64,000 nt of DNA, from positions 6,698,001-6,762,000 of the forward strand of contig CM075993.1 of assembly GCA_038087875.1 (NCBI GenBank), read 5' to 3'. Positions 63,158 to 64,000 of the stretch are shown here, in pieces; within the stretch, counting starts at the first letter, position 1, and the number at the start of each line of letters is the position of its first letter. The stretch comes from Malacoraja senta (Eukaryota). Below the pieces are notes generated by a model. That model did no database searches, had not been told where the DNA came from, and saw nothing but the letters and a program-made list of their open reading frames with translations. A program made the translations under genes and the position numbers.

Positions 63158-63777
63158 CTGTGGAAAACGCCACAAGATTTGCCTATCTTGGCAGCATGTT
63201 CACAACAGATGGAGATGCAGAGGTCGACACAAACTCCCAAATTGGTAAAGTTGCATCAGTCTTCAGAAGAATGCAGCCAATATGGCGGGATATCCAAGAT
63301 GCTAAAAGTCAAACTCTTCCAATCCGTAGTCCTCCCAACAGCCCTCTACGCCAGTGAGACATGGAAAATCAATGTGAAGATGAAAAATAAATTGGATGCG
63401 TTCCAACAACGCTGTTTGAGGAAGATCCTGAAGACTAGCTACAGGGACCACATCACAAACGAGGAGATCTACGGGGAAACTGCAACAAGGCCTCTCAGCC
63501 AGGACATAGAGGGACACAGGATGAAATTTGCAGGGCATGTACTCAGAATGTCACCAGAACGTGCATCTAAGATAGCAAAGACATGGCAACCTGACGGAAG
63601 AAGGATAAGAGGCCGACCAAAACACACATGGAGGCGAACATTCCAGAAGGATTTGGAAGCCCGGGACACAAGCCTATCGAGGGTGGAAGACGTCACACAT
63701 GACCGAACAGAATGGCGAAAGCTTGCTGCCCAATGCACTCAACAGTGTGGGAGGAACTAAGTCTAAGTCTAAGTAAG
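63158..63777 (+). mobile_element. RTE-clade LINE 3' end with (CTAAGT)n tail, one frameshift
   Basis: FAYLGS...IGKVASVF, then LFQSVVLPTALYASETW...LDAFQQRCLRKIL...FAGHVLRM...RGRPKHTWRRT...DRTEW; stop followed by gtctaagtctaagtaag. Confidence 0.88.
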
Positions 63778-64000
63778 ATTCACCCACCAGAAAAAACATC
63801 TGCTCCAGACCCTCAAGACCTTCAATCAAGTCACCTCTCGCCCTTCTGAATTCCACCAGATGCAAGTCTACCTTTTATCACAAGTCAACCCTCCCATTCA
63901 ATACATTGAAGATAGACACAAAATGCTGGAGTAACTCAGTGGGACAGACAGCATCTCTGGAGAGAAGGAACGGGTGATGTTTTGGGTCGAGACCCTTCTT

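Overview
Vertebrate genomic DNA, most likely an elasmobranch (skate/ray-like), inferred from HE1/V-SINEs, CR1 3' ends and shark-type Penelope repeats. The window is a near-identical duplicate across a 200-N gap: 1-26205 matches 32103-58337, with the gap at 26206-26405. This is most likely a haplotypic false duplication at a contig join. Each copy carries three clear minus-strand exons of alpha-protein kinase 3 (ALPK3): two Ig-domain exons of 122 and 118 nt and a 1594-nt exon. A doubtful 45-nt upstream exon is also present; exon 1 and the kinase exons are not visible. The rest is mostly repeats: HE1 SINEs, CR1, Rex1/Babar, RTE, Harbinger-like and Tc1/mariner-like MITEs, and a 3.3-kb TIR element with a 7-bp TSD. 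The most interesting signal is an abundant short repeat that is the 3' end of a Penelope-like element (linked to a GIY-YIG C-terminus at 16533-16700). It carries a minimal hammerhead-ribozyme core (CUGAAGA-A-stem II-GAAAC-GUH). These ends often insert as fold-back hairpins, twice hit the same site of the HE1 SINE, once captured local DNA, and one ribozyme core is deleted in only one of the two copies. A possible signal-peptide exon of an unidentified plus-strand gene lies at about 60.05 kb. All calls are by eye, without database searches; repeat boundaries are approximate.
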